DNA of 64,000 bases from Candidatus Moraniibacteriota bacterium (GTDB taxonomy: Bacteria > Patescibacteriota > Minisyncoccia > Moranbacterales > GCA-2747515): the NCBI GenBank assembly GCA_046116545.1, contig CP175956.1, forward strand, positions 160,276 through 224,275, in the 5' to 3' direction. Below the pieces are notes generated by a model that made no database searches, was not told the DNA's origin, and saw only the letters and a list, made by a program, of their open reading frames with translations. Shown here one piece after another: positions 1 to 10,865 of the stretch (positions are counted from its first letter, which is position 1; each line of letters starts with the position of its first letter). The position numbers and the translations under genes were made by a program.

Positions 1-278
1 GATAAAGTCTCTCTTGAAACTACATCTCCATCATTGTAAATTCTATCTAACTTAGTCAATGTAACTACTACATTTTTTGCATGTGGCGATTTAAATCCAC
101 GATTTTTTTTCATTTTCTGTATTAAAGTAGTCCGTCCACCTTCAAATAATGGATTAACATTTCCACCACTTCTAGATTTTTGACCTTTCATACCTTTTCC
201 ACTGTATGTTCCGCGCTTTCCACCGCGACCTATACGCTTTTTTGCCTTTCTTGTTGTAGATATTTCGTGAATTTGCAT
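1..278 (-). CDS. rplO: 50S ribosomal protein L15 (partial, runs off window start)
   Basis: Manual translation from ATG at 278: MQIHEISTTRKAKKRIGRGGKRGTYSGKGMKGQKSRSGG..FEGG, typical L15 N-terminus; follows rpsE. Confidence 0.95.
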   Translation of the reverse strand, partial: MQIHEISTTRKAKKRIGRGGKRGTYSGKGMKGQKSRSGGNVNPLFEGGRTTLIQKMKKNRGFKSPHAKNVVVTLTKLDRIYNDGDVVSRETL

Positions 279-300
279 ATAATTCTTACTTTACTTGTGA

Positions 301-954
301 TTATTTAGTAGCTACCTTTGTTGTAGCTTTCTTAGTCGCTTTTTTTGTTGTTTTCTTTACTGCTTTTTTTGTAGCTTTCTTAGTCGCTTTTTTTGTTGTT
401 TTCTTTACTACTTTTTCATCTTTGTTAGCTACATTTTCAACAGTGCTCTTTTCTTCTTCAATAACCTCTTTTTTCATTGCTGGTCGAAGACTTTTCAATC
501 CCTCTATAGTCGCTCTAGCAACATTTAATTTATTTGAAGTTCCATATGACTTTGATACTATATCTTTTACACCAGCTAATTCAACAACTGTTCTCACAGC
601 TCCACCAGCAATAATTCCACGACCTTCTCTAGCTGGACGCATCATAACACGTGCACTTGCTAATTTTTGGTTTATCTCATGTGGTATTGTATTTCCATCA
701 AGATTCACATCTATCATTTTTTTCTTTGCATCTGCAACAGCTTTTTGAATTGCTCCTGAAACGTCATTACCTTTTGAAACACCTACACCAACTTTACCTT
801 TTCTGTTTCCAATAACCATAGTTGCACGGAAACGAAATCTTCGCCCACCTTTTACAACACGAGTAACACGAGCTAAATCTAATAATTGTTGATCAAACTC
901 TGATTTTTGTCGTTTGCGACCTCTTCCTTTTTTACGATCTTTTTTCATTGCCAT
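301..954 (-). CDS. rpsE: 30S ribosomal protein S5 with Lys/Thr/Ala-rich C-terminal tail
   Basis: RVTRVVKGGRRFRFRA motif; spc operon position. Confidence 0.98.
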   Translation of the reverse strand: MAMKKDRKKGRGRKRQKSEFDQQLLDLARVTRVVKGGRRFRFRATMVIGNRKGKVGVGVSKGNDVSGAIQKAVADAKKKMIDVNLDGNTIPHEINQKLASARVMMRPAREGRGIIAGGAVRTVVELAGVKDIVSKSYGTSNKLNVARATIEGLKSLRPAMKKEVIEEEKSTVENVANKDEKVVKKTTKKATKKATKKAVKKTTKKATKKATTKVATK

Positions 955-976
955 ATAAACTTAAATACAAAGTAAA

Positions 977-1324
977 TTAAAATTTTAGACCAGCTTTGCG
1001 AGCTCCCTCTGCAATAGCCTTAATCTTTCCATGATAAATATATCCGGCTCTATCAAATACAACCTCTGTAATTTTCTTATCAATTGCTTTTTTTGCTATC
1101 AACTCCCCAAGTTTACCAGCACCATCCACATCATTTTTAGCTCCTTTCACCTCAGCTAATTTTGCAGAAACTATTGTTTCACCTTTATTGTCATCTATAA
1201 GCTGTGCATTCATAGCTTTCAATGAACGAAAAACGTTCAATCTAGGCTTAGTAGCTGTTCCAGAAATCTTTGCACGAACTCTCTTAGCTCGATGTAATCT
1301 TTGATTATTTCTTGTTCTTTCCAT
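977..1324 (-). CDS. rplR: 50S ribosomal protein L18
   Basis: PRLNVFRS, VVFDRAGYIYHGKIKAIAEGAR motifs. Confidence 0.98.
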   Translation of the reverse strand: MERTRNNQRLHRAKRVRAKISGTATKPRLNVFRSLKAMNAQLIDDNKGETIVSAKLAEVKGAKNDVDGAGKLGELIAKKAIDKKITEVVFDRAGYIYHGKIKAIAEGARKAGLKF

Positions 1325-1346
1325 AAAATTAAGTTAAATTTGACTA

Positions 1347-1889
1347 TTATGCTGCTGTAGCAGCTTTTTTACCTTCCTTACGACGAACATGTTCGTCATC
1401 ATACTTAAATCCTTTTCCTTTATACGGTTCAACTGGTTTCAATGCTCTAATATTAGCAGTAAATTGACCAACTTCTTGTTTATTCATTCCTGATACTGTC
1501 ATATTTTGACCATCTATAGTAACCTCAAGACCTTCTGGAATATCTACTAAAACTGGGTGAGAAAAACCTAAAGCTAAATCAATTTGCTTTCCTTTTAGAG
1601 CCATACGGTAACCTACACCATTCAATTCTAATTTTCTTTCAAATCCCTTTGAGACACCTGTTATCATATTTTGTATTAAGCGAGCTGTTGTTCCCCACAT
1701 TGATTGTGCAATTTTTGCATTTCTTGCTTTTTCTACATGCACACCGTCCTCTTCAACAGTTACCTTTATAGCACTATGTAGCGTCATAACTAACTCACCT
1801 TTTGCGCCCTTAACTTTAACCTCTTGATTTGAGATTTCAACAGTAACGCCATTAGGGATTTCAATTGTCTTCTGACCAATACGACTCAT
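1347..1889 (-). CDS. rplF: 50S ribosomal protein L6
   Basis: MSRIG start, EPYKGKG motif. Confidence 0.98.
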   Translation of the reverse strand: MSRIGQKTIEIPNGVTVEISNQEVKVKGAKGELVMTLHSAIKVTVEEDGVHVEKARNAKIAQSMWGTTARLIQNMITGVSKGFERKLELNGVGYRMALKGKQIDLALGFSHPVLVDIPEGLEVTIDGQNMTVSGMNKQEVGQFTANIRALKPVEPYKGKGFKYDDEHVRRKEGKKAATAA

Positions 1890-1921
1890 ATATTTATTAC
1901 CTTAACTTTAAATTTATAACT

Positions 1922-2335
1922 TTACCACAATTCGCAAATCATTTCTCCACCAAGACCTTTTTTGCGAGCATCTTTACCACTCATTACTCCCTGTGATGTT
2001 GAAATTATAGAAATTCCATAACCATTTCTAACTTTGTGAATATCATCTTTTTTGATATATATTCTTTGACCTTGCTTACTAATCTGACGAATTGCTTCGA
2101 TAGCAGGATTTTTCTGTATACTAGAAATTTGATTATATTTCAATACAATATGAATATTCTCAAATTTTTCATTATTTTCATCTTTAACACGCTCAGCTTT
2201 TTCTATGTAACCTTCTTTTACTAACACATTCGCAATTGCAAACTTAATCTTAGACATAGGCATTGTAGCCTCGCTGTGTCCAGCTGCGTATGCATTTCGC
2301 AATCGTGTTAACATGTCACTAATTGAATCGATCAT
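1922..2335 (-). CDS. rpsH: 30S ribosomal protein S8
   Basis: DSISDMLTRLRNA, ISTSQGVM, GGEMICELW. Confidence 0.98.
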   Translation of the reverse strand: MIDSISDMLTRLRNAYAAGHSEATMPMSKIKFAIANVLVKEGYIEKAERVKDENNEKFENIHIVLKYNQISSIQKNPAIEAIRQISKQGQRIYIKKDDIHKVRNGYGISIISTSQGVMSGKDARKKGLGGEMICELW

Positions 2336-2382
2336 AATTACTTTTTCATTTAAATATCAAACTATTTTTCAAAATTTATATA

Positions 2383-2568
2383 TTACCAGCTACTTTTCTT
2401 CACACCAGGCAACTCACCTTTACTAGCTAATTCACGAAAACAGATACGACAGATACCAAAATATCTCATGTAGCCATGTTTACGACTACATTTCCAACAC
2501 CTATTCACTTTCCTTGTTGAAAACTTTGGTTTTTTAGCCGCTCGTGCTGTTACTGATGTCTTTGCCAT
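2383..2568 (-). CDS. rpsN: 30S ribosomal protein S14, short zinc-binding type
   Basis: 61 aa, CxxC...[13 protein letters not shown]. Confidence 0.97.
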   Translation of the reverse strand: MAKTSVTARAAKKPKFSTRKVNRCWKCSRKHGYMRYFGICRICFRELASKGELPGVKKSSW

Positions 2569-2590
2569 AATTTCTATAATATAAATTAAA

Positions 2591-3145
2591 TTATTCTTCG
2601 TCTTTTTGCAATGGGAAACCTAACAATTTGTATAACTTTTCAGCATCTTCTTTATTATCAGCAGTTGATACCAATGTTATTTGCATCCCAAATGGATTTT
2701 TTACTTGCTCTGCAACAATTTCTGGAAATATTGTATGTTCTTTAATTCCAATATTTAGATTTCCACTTCCATCAATTATCTTAGTCTCTAATCCATGAAA
2801 ATCACGAACACGAGGCAAAGCTGTTCCAACAAATCTATCCATAAACTCCCACATTCTCGTTCCGTGCAATGTAACTTTCATTCCTACATCTTGACCTTCA
2901 CGAATCTTGAAACCAGAAATTGATTTCTTTGCTTTTGTCTTGATAGGTTGTTGACCTGTAATATCCCTTAGACCTCTTTCAATTTCAGCAATAGCCTCCT
3001 TGTTTTTGTCGAACTTACCCGTACCTGTGTTTATAACTATTTTTTCAACACGAGGAACAAGCATTATATTCTCCAAACCAAGATCTTTTTGCAAATCTTT
3101 CAAAGAATCATTATATTGTTGTTTGATTGTTTTTACTGTACTCAT
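2591..3145 (-). CDS. rplE: 50S ribosomal protein L5
   Basis: [20 protein letters not shown] motifs. Confidence 0.98.
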   Translation of the reverse strand: MSTVKTIKQQYNDSLKDLQKDLGLENIMLVPRVEKIVINTGTGKFDKNKEAIAEIERGLRDITGQQPIKTKAKKSISGFKIREGQDVGMKVTLHGTRMWEFMDRFVGTALPRVRDFHGLETKIIDGSGNLNIGIKEHTIFPEIVAEQVKNPFGMQITLVSTADNKEDAEKLYKLLGFPLQKDEE

Positions 3146-3154
3146 AAATATCTA

Positions 3155-3466
3155 TTAATCTATTTCTTTACCACTCTTTTTGGACACACGTACCTTTGAT
3201 CCTTCATTCACCTTGAATCCTACCCTTGTAGGTTTATCTGTATGTGGACAAACTAATGCAACATTCGATATATCCATAGGTGACTCTACTGTAACACGCT
3301 CACCTTTTTGACCCATTTGTTTAGGTTTTACATGTTTAGTGATCATATTCAATTTTTTTACGGTAACTTTTAGAGCTTTTGGATTAACCATGATAATTTC
3401 ACCACGCTTACCGCGATCTTTACCTGCCAAAATCTCAACTTTATCACCTTTCTTTATCTTTAACAT
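3155..3466 (-). CDS. rplX: 50S ribosomal protein L24
   Basis: IKKGDKVEILAGKDRGK KOW motif. Confidence 0.98.
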   Translation of the reverse strand: MLKIKKGDKVEILAGKDRGKRGEIIMVNPKALKVTVKKLNMITKHVKPKQMGQKGERVTVESPMDISNVALVCPHTDKPTRVGFKVNEGSKVRVSKKSGKEID

Positions 3467-3490
3467 ATCTCTATAAAATTATCACATTCT

Positions 3491-3862
3491 TTATAAAACC
3501 TCTGGTGCCAATGACACAATCTTGCTATATCCTCTTTCTCTCAACTCCCTTGCTATTGGACCAAATATACGAGTTGCTTTTGGCTCCTTGTTATCTGGAT
3601 CAATTATAACAGCTGCATTTTCATCAAATCTGATATATGAACCATCCTTACGACGAACTGGATATTTCTGTCGGACAATCACAGCCTTTACAACATCACC
3701 TGCTTTTACATTACCTCGTGGTTCTGCTGTTTTTACAGATGCAATGATAATGTCACCAATATATGCATATCGACGTTTTGAACCACCAGGAACCTTGAAG
3801 CATTCAATCTCCTTTGCCCCTGAATTATCTGCAACTTTTAGCCATGTTTCTGCCTGAATCAT
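3491..3862 (-). CDS. rplN: 50S ribosomal protein L14
   Basis: [30 protein letters not shown]. Confidence 0.99.
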   Translation of the reverse strand: MIQAETWLKVADNSGAKEIECFKVPGGSKRRYAYIGDIIIASVKTAEPRGNVKAGDVVKAVIVRQKYPVRRKDGSYIRFDENAAVIIDPDNKEPKATRIFGPIARELRERGYSKIVSLAPEVL

Positions 3863-3888
3863 ACATTTCTATTAAAAAATCTTTAAAA

Positions 3889-4125
3889 TTATTTTACACT
3901 AAATCTTTTATCTTTACTTATTGGTCGTGATTCGATTATTTCTACTACGTCACCAACCTTGCAAGTATTCTTCTCATCGTGAGCTTTATACTTTTTAGTA
4001 TCGATATACTTTTTCTTATACTTTTTGTGAGTTTTGAATGTATCTACTGCAACAACAATCGTTTTATCCATTGCATCAGAGACAACCTTGCCTTTCAAAA
4101 CTAATTGTCTACTATCTTTTGTCAT
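3889..4125 (-). CDS. rpsQ: 30S ribosomal protein S17
   Basis: GKVVSDAMDKTIVV, ESRPISKDKRF. Confidence 0.98.
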   Translation of the reverse strand: MTKDSRQLVLKGKVVSDAMDKTIVVAVDTFKTHKKYKKKYIDTKKYKAHDEKNTCKVGDVVEIIESRPISKDKRFSVK

Positions 4126-4144
4126 AAAAATTCATTTATATAAA

Positions 4145-4339
4145 TTATTCGCTACAAGTCTTTTCTGCTACAACTGTCATAACTCGTGCCAAATCTTTTT
4201 TCGATTTACGGATATCACGATTATTTTGAGTCTTCTTCATCATTAGATCCATTTGTGTTTGATGAATGCTAGCTTTCAAATCGTCTGCTGTCTTGAGCAA
4301 TTCATCAATATTTTTTTCTCTAAGTTCTACAACTTTCAT
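4145..4339 (-). CDS. rpmC: 50S ribosomal protein L29
   Basis: 64 aa, ELR..., KKDLARVMT; position between rplP and rpsQ. Confidence 0.93.
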   Translation of the reverse strand: MKVVELREKNIDELLKTADDLKASIHQTQMDLMMKKTQNNRDIRKSKKDLARVMTVVAEKTCSE

Positions 4340-4353
4340 ATTATCAATTTTAA

Positions 4354-4770
4354 TTACTCATTATTCTTTGAAACAAATTTTGTTCTAATTCCAAACTTAT
4401 GTCCTGCCAAACGAAATGCTTCACGAGCAGTTTCTTCATCTATCCCATCAACTTCAAACATTACTTTACCTGGTCTAACTTTAACAACATAGTGATCAAC
4501 AGTACCCTTACCTTTACCCATAGGTGTTTCATCACCTTTCTTTGTCATTGGATGATCTGGAAATATTCTTATCCAATATTTACCAGTTCTTTGCATGTAA
4601 CGAGTAATTGTACGACGAGCAGATTCAATCTGCCTTGCAGAAATACGTCCTTGAGTAGTAGCCTTCATACCATAACTTCCAAAACTAACTACTGTTCCTC
4701 GTGTTGCATTTCCTTTCAACTCGCCTCCGCGATGCATTTTTCTATGTTTTACTTTTCGTGGCATTAACAT
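4354..4770 (-). CDS. rplP: 50S ribosomal protein L16
   Basis: MLMPRKVKHRK, WIRIFPD, MGKGKG. Confidence 0.99.
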   Translation of the reverse strand: MLMPRKVKHRKMHRGGELKGNATRGTVVSFGSYGMKATTQGRISARQIESARRTITRYMQRTGKYWIRIFPDHPMTKKGDETPMGKGKGTVDHYVVKVRPGKVMFEVDGIDEETAREAFRLAGHKFGIRTKFVSKNNE

Positions 4771-4794
4771 AATCTTTTCCTAAAAACTTTCAAA

Positions 4795-5448
4795 TTATTT
4801 ATTCTTCTTGTCGAAAACTTCACCTTTATATACCCATACTTTCACACCAATTGCTCCATATGTTGTACGAGCTACATCTCTAGCAAAATCTATATCTGCT
4901 CTAAGTGTATGAAGTGGTATAGTTCCTTCACTTAACCATTCAACACGACTCATTTCTGCTCCATTCAAACGACCTGATAAAGAAATTTTCATTCCTTGAA
5001 TATTTCTATTTTTAATAGCCTGTTCCAATGTTGTTTTCATAACCCTTCTAAACGGCATTCTTTTTTCTAACTGTTCAGCAACATCCTGAGCAACTAATGC
5101 TGCACTCTCTTCAAACTGCTTAATCTCTCTAATGTCAACTTTCACATCAACTCTTTTTCCCGCAAAAAAATCTTTTTTAATATATGCAATCAAATCTTCA
5201 ATCCCACTACCTCCACGACCTATAATCATTCCAGGTCTAGATGTTTTGATGATGATTTTTACAGCCTTCTCATTTCTTTCAATTTCTACATCAGCAATAG
5301 CTGCATGTCGCCATTTTTTCATAATTGCACGACGAATAACTACATCCTGCTCTAATAACTCGGCATAATTATTTCCACCGAACCAACGAGAGCGCCATGT
5401 CGTTGTTATTCCTAGCCTAAGGCTTTTTGGATTTACTTTATTACCCAT
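4795..5448 (-). CDS. rpsC: 30S ribosomal protein S3
   Basis: MGNKVNP, PLHTLRADID, GVKVWVYKGE. Confidence 0.99.
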   Translation of the reverse strand: MGNKVNPKSLRLGITTTWRSRWFGGNNYAELLEQDVVIRRAIMKKWRHAAIADVEIERNEKAVKIIIKTSRPGMIIGRGGSGIEDLIAYIKKDFFAGKRVDVKVDIREIKQFEESAALVAQDVAEQLEKRMPFRRVMKTTLEQAIKNRNIQGMKISLSGRLNGAEMSRVEWLSEGTIPLHTLRADIDFARDVARTTYGAIGVKVWVYKGEVFDKKNK

Positions 5449-5459
5449 ATTACAAAATA

Positions 5460-5852
5460 TTATTTAGTATCTTTTTGCGAATTACTCTTTTTTACCTCTT
5501 TTTTTTCAACCTTATCAGTGCCATCTGTCAAAACAATACTCACACGAGATGTTCTTTTCAAGATTTTTGCAGCTCTACCATAAGCTCTTGGTCGCCATCT
5601 TTTCAATGTTGGACCTTCTCCTACAATAATATCTGAAATATACAAATCCTTTTCATTCAACTTAAAGTTATTTTCAGCATTTGCAACAGCGCTTTTTAAC
5701 AATTTCTCCAAAGGCTCTGCAGTCTTACGTAAATCATATTTCATCAATCCGATAGCTTCACTAACTTGAACTCCTCTAACTCTATCAGCTACCAAACGCA
5801 CCTTCCTTGGTGAAATTCGCAAATTATTCAATTGTGCTGTTACTTTTGTCAT
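5460..5852 (-). CDS. rplV: 50S ribosomal protein L22
   Basis: ISPRKVRLVAD, RPRAYGRA. Confidence 0.98.
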   Translation of the reverse strand: MTKVTAQLNNLRISPRKVRLVADRVRGVQVSEAIGLMKYDLRKTAEPLEKLLKSAVANAENNFKLNEKDLYISDIIVGEGPTLKRWRPRAYGRAAKILKRTSRVSIVLTDGTDKVEKKEVKKSNSQKDTK

Positions 5853-5885
5853 AATTCTTTATTAATAAATCACTTCTTATACTAT

Positions 5886-6170
5886 TTATTTTCCGCTATC
5901 CAAATCCTTCTGCATTTTACCTCCATGTTTTGTAAATTTCCTTGTTGGTGAAAATTCACCTAACTTGTGTCCAACCATTTCATCAGAAATCAAAGCTTCT
6001 ATAAAGTCTTTTCCATTATGTATGGCGAATGTAAATCCAATCATATCTGGTGTAATTGTACAAGCTCTTGACCATGTCTTTATAACTCCTGTCTCTTTTG
6101 GAGTTTTACCCTCAACTTTTTTGATAACTCTCTCATCTACATATAACCCTTTTTTCAGTGATCTACTCAT
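5886..6170 (-). CDS. rpsS: 30S ribosomal protein S19
   Basis: [19 protein letters not shown]. Confidence 0.99.
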   Translation of the reverse strand: MSRSLKKGLYVDERVIKKVEGKTPKETGVIKTWSRACTITPDMIGFTFAIHNGKDFIEALISDEMVGHKLGEFSPTRKFTKHGGKMQKDLDSGK

Positions 6171-6182
6171 ATACTTACTATA

Positions 6183-7013
6183 TTATTTCTTATGTCTTGA
6201 TTGAACAATGTACTTACTACTTAATTTCTTTTTTCTTCTAGTACGAACTCCCAAAGCATGCTTACCCCATGGAGTTTTTGGATACTTCAACCCAATTGGT
6301 TGACAACCTTCACCACCTCCATGTGGATGATCTACCGGGTTCATAGCACTACCACGAACAGCAGGCCTCTTACCCATATGTCTTGCTCGTCCAGCCTTAC
6401 CAATCTTTACTGCATTATGTTCAAAATTGCTAACAGCTCCAATGGTTGCGTAACATTCCTTACTTATTAAACGTATTTCACCTGAAGGCATTTTAATTTG
6501 AGCATATTTTTCATCATGACTCATAATCAATGCACTACTTCCAGCACTCCTGATAATCTGTCCGCCTCCACCAACTTTCATTTCTACATTTGAAACTTCA
6601 GTTCCTGAAAGAATATTCTCTAATTTTGTACGATTTCCATCATCTAACGCTACTTTTTCTCCAGAAATAATTTTATCACCAACACGCATCTTCTCAGTTG
6701 CTAATACATATCTTTTTTCACCATCTGCATATACTACCAATGCTATTAAAGCGCTCCTATTTGGATCTTTTTCAATTGAAGTAATTGTTCCTGGTATATC
6801 AAACTTATCTTGTTTGAAATCAACCATTCTGTATAACTTCTTTGCGCCTCTTTGACGATGACGAATTGAAATTTTACCATTACTACGTCCACATTTTTGA
6901 TTCAAAGAAACACAAAGTGACTTTTCAGGCTTTCTATCTGTAACAGCATCAGGCTTCACAATAGACATATTGCGTCTCCCAGCGTTATTTCTTTTGTATA
7001 CTTTAATTGCCAT
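6183..7013 (-). CDS. rplB: 50S ribosomal protein L2
   Basis: RGSAMNPVDHPHGGGEG. Confidence 0.99.
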   Translation of the reverse strand: MAIKVYKRNNAGRRNMSIVKPDAVTDRKPEKSLCVSLNQKCGRSNGKISIRHRQRGAKKLYRMVDFKQDKFDIPGTITSIEKDPNRSALIALVVYADGEKRYVLATEKMRVGDKIISGEKVALDDGNRTKLENILSGTEVSNVEMKVGGGGQIIRSAGSSALIMSHDEKYAQIKMPSGEIRLISKECYATIGAVSNFEHNAVKIGKAGRARHMGKRPAVRGSAMNPVDHPHGGGEGCQPIGLKYPKTPWGKHALGVRTRRKKKLSSKYIVQSRHKK

Positions 7014-7036
7014 AATTCTTATTTATATACTTTTAC

Positions 7037-7438
7037 TTATACTCCTTCAAAAACTGCAATATGTTGTCCCTCTTTTACTGTTACAATTGCTTTTTTATAT
7101 AACTTTTGATAACCTCTATCATATTTTACAGTTCGCCTTTTTGGCTTCACAACTATCATATTCACATTTTCAACATCTACTTTGTACATTTCTTGTACAA
7201 CACGTTTCACATCCTTTTTTGTAGCAGTCTTTTCAACTCGAAATGTGTATTTACCTTCAGAAGCCATTGCATGCGACTTCTCAGTTACTATAGGAGCTAC
7301 AATAGTTCCATAAGCAGATGAGGTTGACGCAACATCTTTTGCAGATGATTTATCTTTCTTCTTAGACGTTTTTTCCACTTTTTTCTCAGTAGAAACACCC
7401 TCTTTTATATCTTCTTTTTTATTACCAAAAATTCCCAT
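7037..7438 (-). CDS. rplW: 50S ribosomal protein L23 with Lys-rich N-terminal extension
   Basis: PIVTEKS, YKKAIVTV; operon position. Confidence 0.95.
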   Translation of the reverse strand: MGIFGNKKEDIKEGVSTEKKVEKTSKKKDKSSAKDVASTSSAYGTIVAPIVTEKSHAMASEGKYTFRVEKTATKKDVKRVVQEMYKVDVENVNMIVVKPKRRTVKYDRGYQKLYKKAIVTVKEGQHIAVFEGV

Positions 7439-7452
7439 ATATTCTTTATTAA

Positions 7453-8082
7453 TTATGCAGTAAATTTACTAACCAACTGCTTAACTGAATCTTCACTTAC
7501 AATCAAATATTCTGAATTCAAAACATCATATACATTTAACTGATTTGTTTCTATAGTATTTAATCTATCAATGTTACGAGCTGCAATATGACTACCTTTT
7601 TCAGTAGCAGAGAATCCTATCATCATACTTTTATTCAAATCCAAGCCTTTTATCATTGTAGCAACTGTTTTAGTCTTGCCATCTTCAATTTTCAATGAAT
7701 CTATCACACGTAGCTTATCTGCTCTAACTTTTTCAGACAAGGCTATCAAAAGTGCTTTCTGTTTCATTTTTTCATTGATTAATTTTTTGAAATTTCGATT
7801 TTTTAATGGTCCAAAAGTTATACCACCACCACGCCAGATAGGATTACGTATTGATCCTGTACGAGCATTACCTGTTCCTTTTTGCTTCCAAGGTTTTTTA
7901 CCACCACCACGTCTATCTGATCGTGTTTTTGTATGTGCGCTACCGCTTCTTCTATTTGCAGATTGGGCAACAAAAACTTGGTGTACTAAAACATCATTCT
8001 TTTCGATTCCAAAAACAGCATCATCTAGCGAAATATCACCTGACTTCTCTCCTTTTATATTGTATACATCTATCTTTGTCAT
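7453..8082 (-). CDS. rplD: 50S ribosomal protein L4
   Basis: GGGKKPWKQKGTGNAR; start moved to MTKIDV (8082). Confidence 0.97.
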   Translation of the reverse strand: MTKIDVYNIKGEKSGDISLDDAVFGIEKNDVLVHQVFVAQSANRRSGSAHTKTRSDRRGGGKKPWKQKGTGNARTGSIRNPIWRGGGITFGPLKNRNFKKLINEKMKQKALLIALSEKVRADKLRVIDSLKIEDGKTKTVATMIKGLDLNKSMMIGFSATEKGSHIAARNIDRLNTIETNQLNVYDVLNSEYLIVSEDSVKQLVSKFTA

Positions 8083-8106
8083 AATATTCTTTAAAATCAA
8101 ATTTAT

Positions 8107-8667
8107 CTATGCGCTTACTATTTCAACTATACGACCAGCAACACCAGGAACAGCTCCTTTTATTGCTATTGTATTTGTCTCTTTATCAACAGCAACAATT
8201 TTCAAACCTTGTGCTGTGGACAGATTACCTCCCATTCGTCCAGCCATTTTCTTTCCCTTTAATACATGTTGTGGATATGCACTACCAATTGATCCTCCAG
8301 AACGAAGTACATGTCTATGTCCATGAGTAGCAGGACCTCCTTTAAATCCATGTCTTTTCACAACACCTTGGAAACCTTTAGCTTTACTAATCGCAGATAC
8401 ACTTACTACATCGCCAACTTCAAACACATCAGCAGAAACAGTATCATTTTTTCTGTAATCATCTATATTGTTAACACGAAATTCTCTTGTATATTTAACG
8501 TTTTTTGTTTTATCAACAGAAAGTCTAACAGCGCTGTATCCATCACGCTCTTCATTCCTTATCAAGTCAATAGTGTTTGGAACAACATTAACAAGCGTCA
8601 CATTTTGAGCGCCATCTTCATTATATATTGTTGTCATCCCTGATTTCTTCCCTAAAACAAATTTCAT
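8107..8667 (-). CDS. rplC: 50S ribosomal protein L3
   Basis: GFQGVVKRHGF, KKMAGRMG; start moved to MKFVLGKK (8667). Confidence 0.97.
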   Translation of the reverse strand: MKFVLGKKSGMTTIYNEDGAQNVTLVNVVPNTIDLIRNEERDGYSAVRLSVDKTKNVKYTREFRVNNIDDYRKNDTVSADVFEVGDVVSVSAISKAKGFQGVVKRHGFKGGPATHGHRHVLRSGGSIGSAYPQHVLKGKKMAGRMGGNLSTAQGLKIVAVDKETNTIAIKGAVPGVAGRIVEIVSA

Positions 8668-8971
8668 AATATGTAAAATTATATATTCTAAATTTTTCAA
8701 ATAAAAAATGGCCTTAAAACTAAGCCAGAATTATTTTAAATTCTTCTATACTATTGTACAGAAAAACTTTTTATTTGTCAAGACTCTTCTTGAAATGACT
8801 AAATAAAAACTATCTAGCTCGCTTAGTATCTTACATTTTTATATTAGTAAGACTTTAACGAAACACTATTTTAATACCAAAACTAATAAATAAATAAAAA
8901 CTATTTATATATTAATTTTAAATTACTAACATGAGACATAAACTAGATAATTCTAGTTTATGCTAAACAAA

Positions 8972-9298
8972 CTACATTTTAACTTCAATACTTACACCAG
9001 CCGGTAAATCAAGATTTGTCAAATCCTCAATAGTTTTTGGTGAGGGATTGATAATATCGATCAAACGCTTATGTGTACGCATTTCGTATTGCTCGCGTGC
9101 AGTTTTATGCACAAAAGTAGACTTGTTTACAGTCATTTTTTTAATTTGTGTTGGTAACGGCACTGGACCAGAAATTTGAGCTCCTGTCCTTGCTGCTGTT
9201 TCAACAATTTGTTTTGCAGACTTATCAATAACCTTATTGTCGTACGCCTTTATTTTGATACGTACTCTAGTTGCTGCTTCTTCTTTCTTAGCCACCAC
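8972..9298 (-). CDS. rpsJ: 30S ribosomal protein S10
   Basis: RIKIKAYD, GPVPLPT, EMRTHKRLIDI; probable GTG start at 9298 or 9295. Confidence 0.97.
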   Translation of the reverse strand: MVAKKEEAATRVRIKIKAYDNKVIDKSAKQIVETAARTGAQISGPVPLPTQIKKMTVNKSTFVHKTAREQYEMRTHKRLIDIINPSPKTIEDLTNLDLPAGVSIEVKM

Positions 9299-9337
9299 GA
9301 AATAAAACACTTAATAAATTACTTCCCACAAAAATGA

Positions 9338-9385
9338 GAGAAGGGATGACTTTAACAAGATGTTAAAGTCATCCACTTCTTTCTT
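9338..9385 (-). terminator. Hairpin between tuf and rpsJ (probable intrinsic terminator)
   Basis: ggatgactttaaca-agat-gttaaagtcatcc inverted repeat. Confidence 0.6.
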
Positions 9386-9390
9386 TTTGA

Positions 9391-10581
9391 TTATTTTACG
9401 ATTTTTGTTGCTACACCAGCACCAACAGTTCGTCCACCTTCACGGATTGCAAATCGCATTCCTTCTTCCATAGCAACTTCAGAACCAAGTCGCACTGTCA
9501 AAGTGATTGTATCACCAGGCATTACCATCTCTGTTCCTTCTGGCAAAATAACTTCACCAGTTACGTCAGTTGTTCGGATATAAAATTGTGGTTTGTAACC
9601 TTTGAAAAATGGAGTATGTCGTCCACCTTCTTCTTTTGTAAGAATATATACTTCACATTCAAATTCTACATGTGGAGTAATACTTCCAGGCTTTGCAAGC
9701 ACTTGTCCTCGCTCTACATCTTCTTTCTTTGTTCCACGAAGCAAGATTCCAGCATTATCACCAGCCTCACCATGATCAAGATTTTTATTGAACATTTCGA
9801 TTCCAGTAACTGTAGTTACTTGAGTATCACGAAGTCCTATGATTTCAACTTCATCATTTAGATTTAGTTGTCCACGTTCGATTCGCCCTGTTACAACTGT
9901 TCCACGACCTTCGATTGAGAAAATATCTTCAATAGGCATTAGGAATGGTTTTTCTGTATCACGTTCTGGAGTAGGAATCTTATCATCAAGAGCATCTAAC
10001 AAATCAAGCATTGGTTTTGCATCAGCATCATCAGGACTAGTTGTTTCAAGAGCCTTAATTGCGCTACCACGAACGATTGTTGCATTTTCTCCATCAAATT
10101 CATATTTTGTAAGAAGTTCACGAACTTCCTCTTCTACCAACTCTACTAACTCTTCATCATCAACTTGGTCAGTTTTGTTAATAAATACAACGATTTCTGG
10201 TACACCAACTTGTCTAGCAAGTAGAATGTGCTCACGAGTCTGTGGCATAGGTCCATCAGTAGCACTTACTACCAAGATAGCACCATCCATTTGTGCAGCA
10301 CCTGTAATCATGTTTTTAATATAATCAGCATGTCCTGGACAGTCAACGTGCGCATAATGACGTTTTTCTGAATTGTACTCACAGTGAGCTGTAGCAATAG
10401 TTATACCACGCTCTCTTTCTTCTGGAGCATTATCAATTTCATCAACATTCTTTTTTTCTGCAAGACCTTTCATAGAAAGTACGTGCAATAGTGCAGCAGT
10501 TGTAGTTGTCTTACCATGATCAACGTGACCAATTGTTCCCACGTTTACATGCGGTTTACTACGATCAAAATCTTCAGCCAT
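9391..10581 (-). CDS. tuf: Elongation factor Tu
   Basis: [30 protein letters not shown]; start MAEDF at 10581. Confidence 0.99.
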   Translation of the reverse strand: MAEDFDRSKPHVNVGTIGHVDHGKTTTTAALLHVLSMKGLAEKKNVDEIDNAPEERERGITIATAHCEYNSEKRHYAHVDCPGHADYIKNMITGAAQMDGAILVVSATDGPMPQTREHILLARQVGVPEIVVFINKTDQVDDEELVELVEEEVRELLTKYEFDGENATIVRGSAIKALETTSPDDADAKPMLDLLDALDDKIPTPERDTEKPFLMPIEDIFSIEGRGTVVTGRIERGQLNLNDEVEIIGLRDTQVTTVTGIEMFNKNLDHGEAGDNAGILLRGTKKEDVERGQVLAKPGSITPHVEFECEVYILTKEEGGRHTPFFKGYKPQFYIRTTDVTGEVILPEGTEMVMPGDTITLTVRLGSEVAMEEGMRFAIREGGRTVGAGVATKIVK

Positions 10582-10865
10582 ATCTTTTGTTTTGTGCTTT
10601 GTATGCAATTAACCACACATACAAGCAACTTAATTATTAATTTAAAAAATTTATAAACATAAAAAAACTAACACATTGTATTATAGATAATTTTTTTTAT
10701 CTATGCAAGTGTTTCTGTAATCACATCAAGTTCATCTTGAAGTTCAAAACAGTATAAACACATTATCATTATTTGATTTCAATGTCAAGAGCTTTTATTT
10801 ACAAATCATAAAGTTAAGAAATTACAGTCTTTTATTATTCTTAAACTTTACAAATTTTATCTTTT

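Noticed and set aside
422-10324. Numerous plus-strand ORFs in the ribosomal protein/tuf cluster
   Set aside because: Antisense shadows of highly conserved minus-strand genes.
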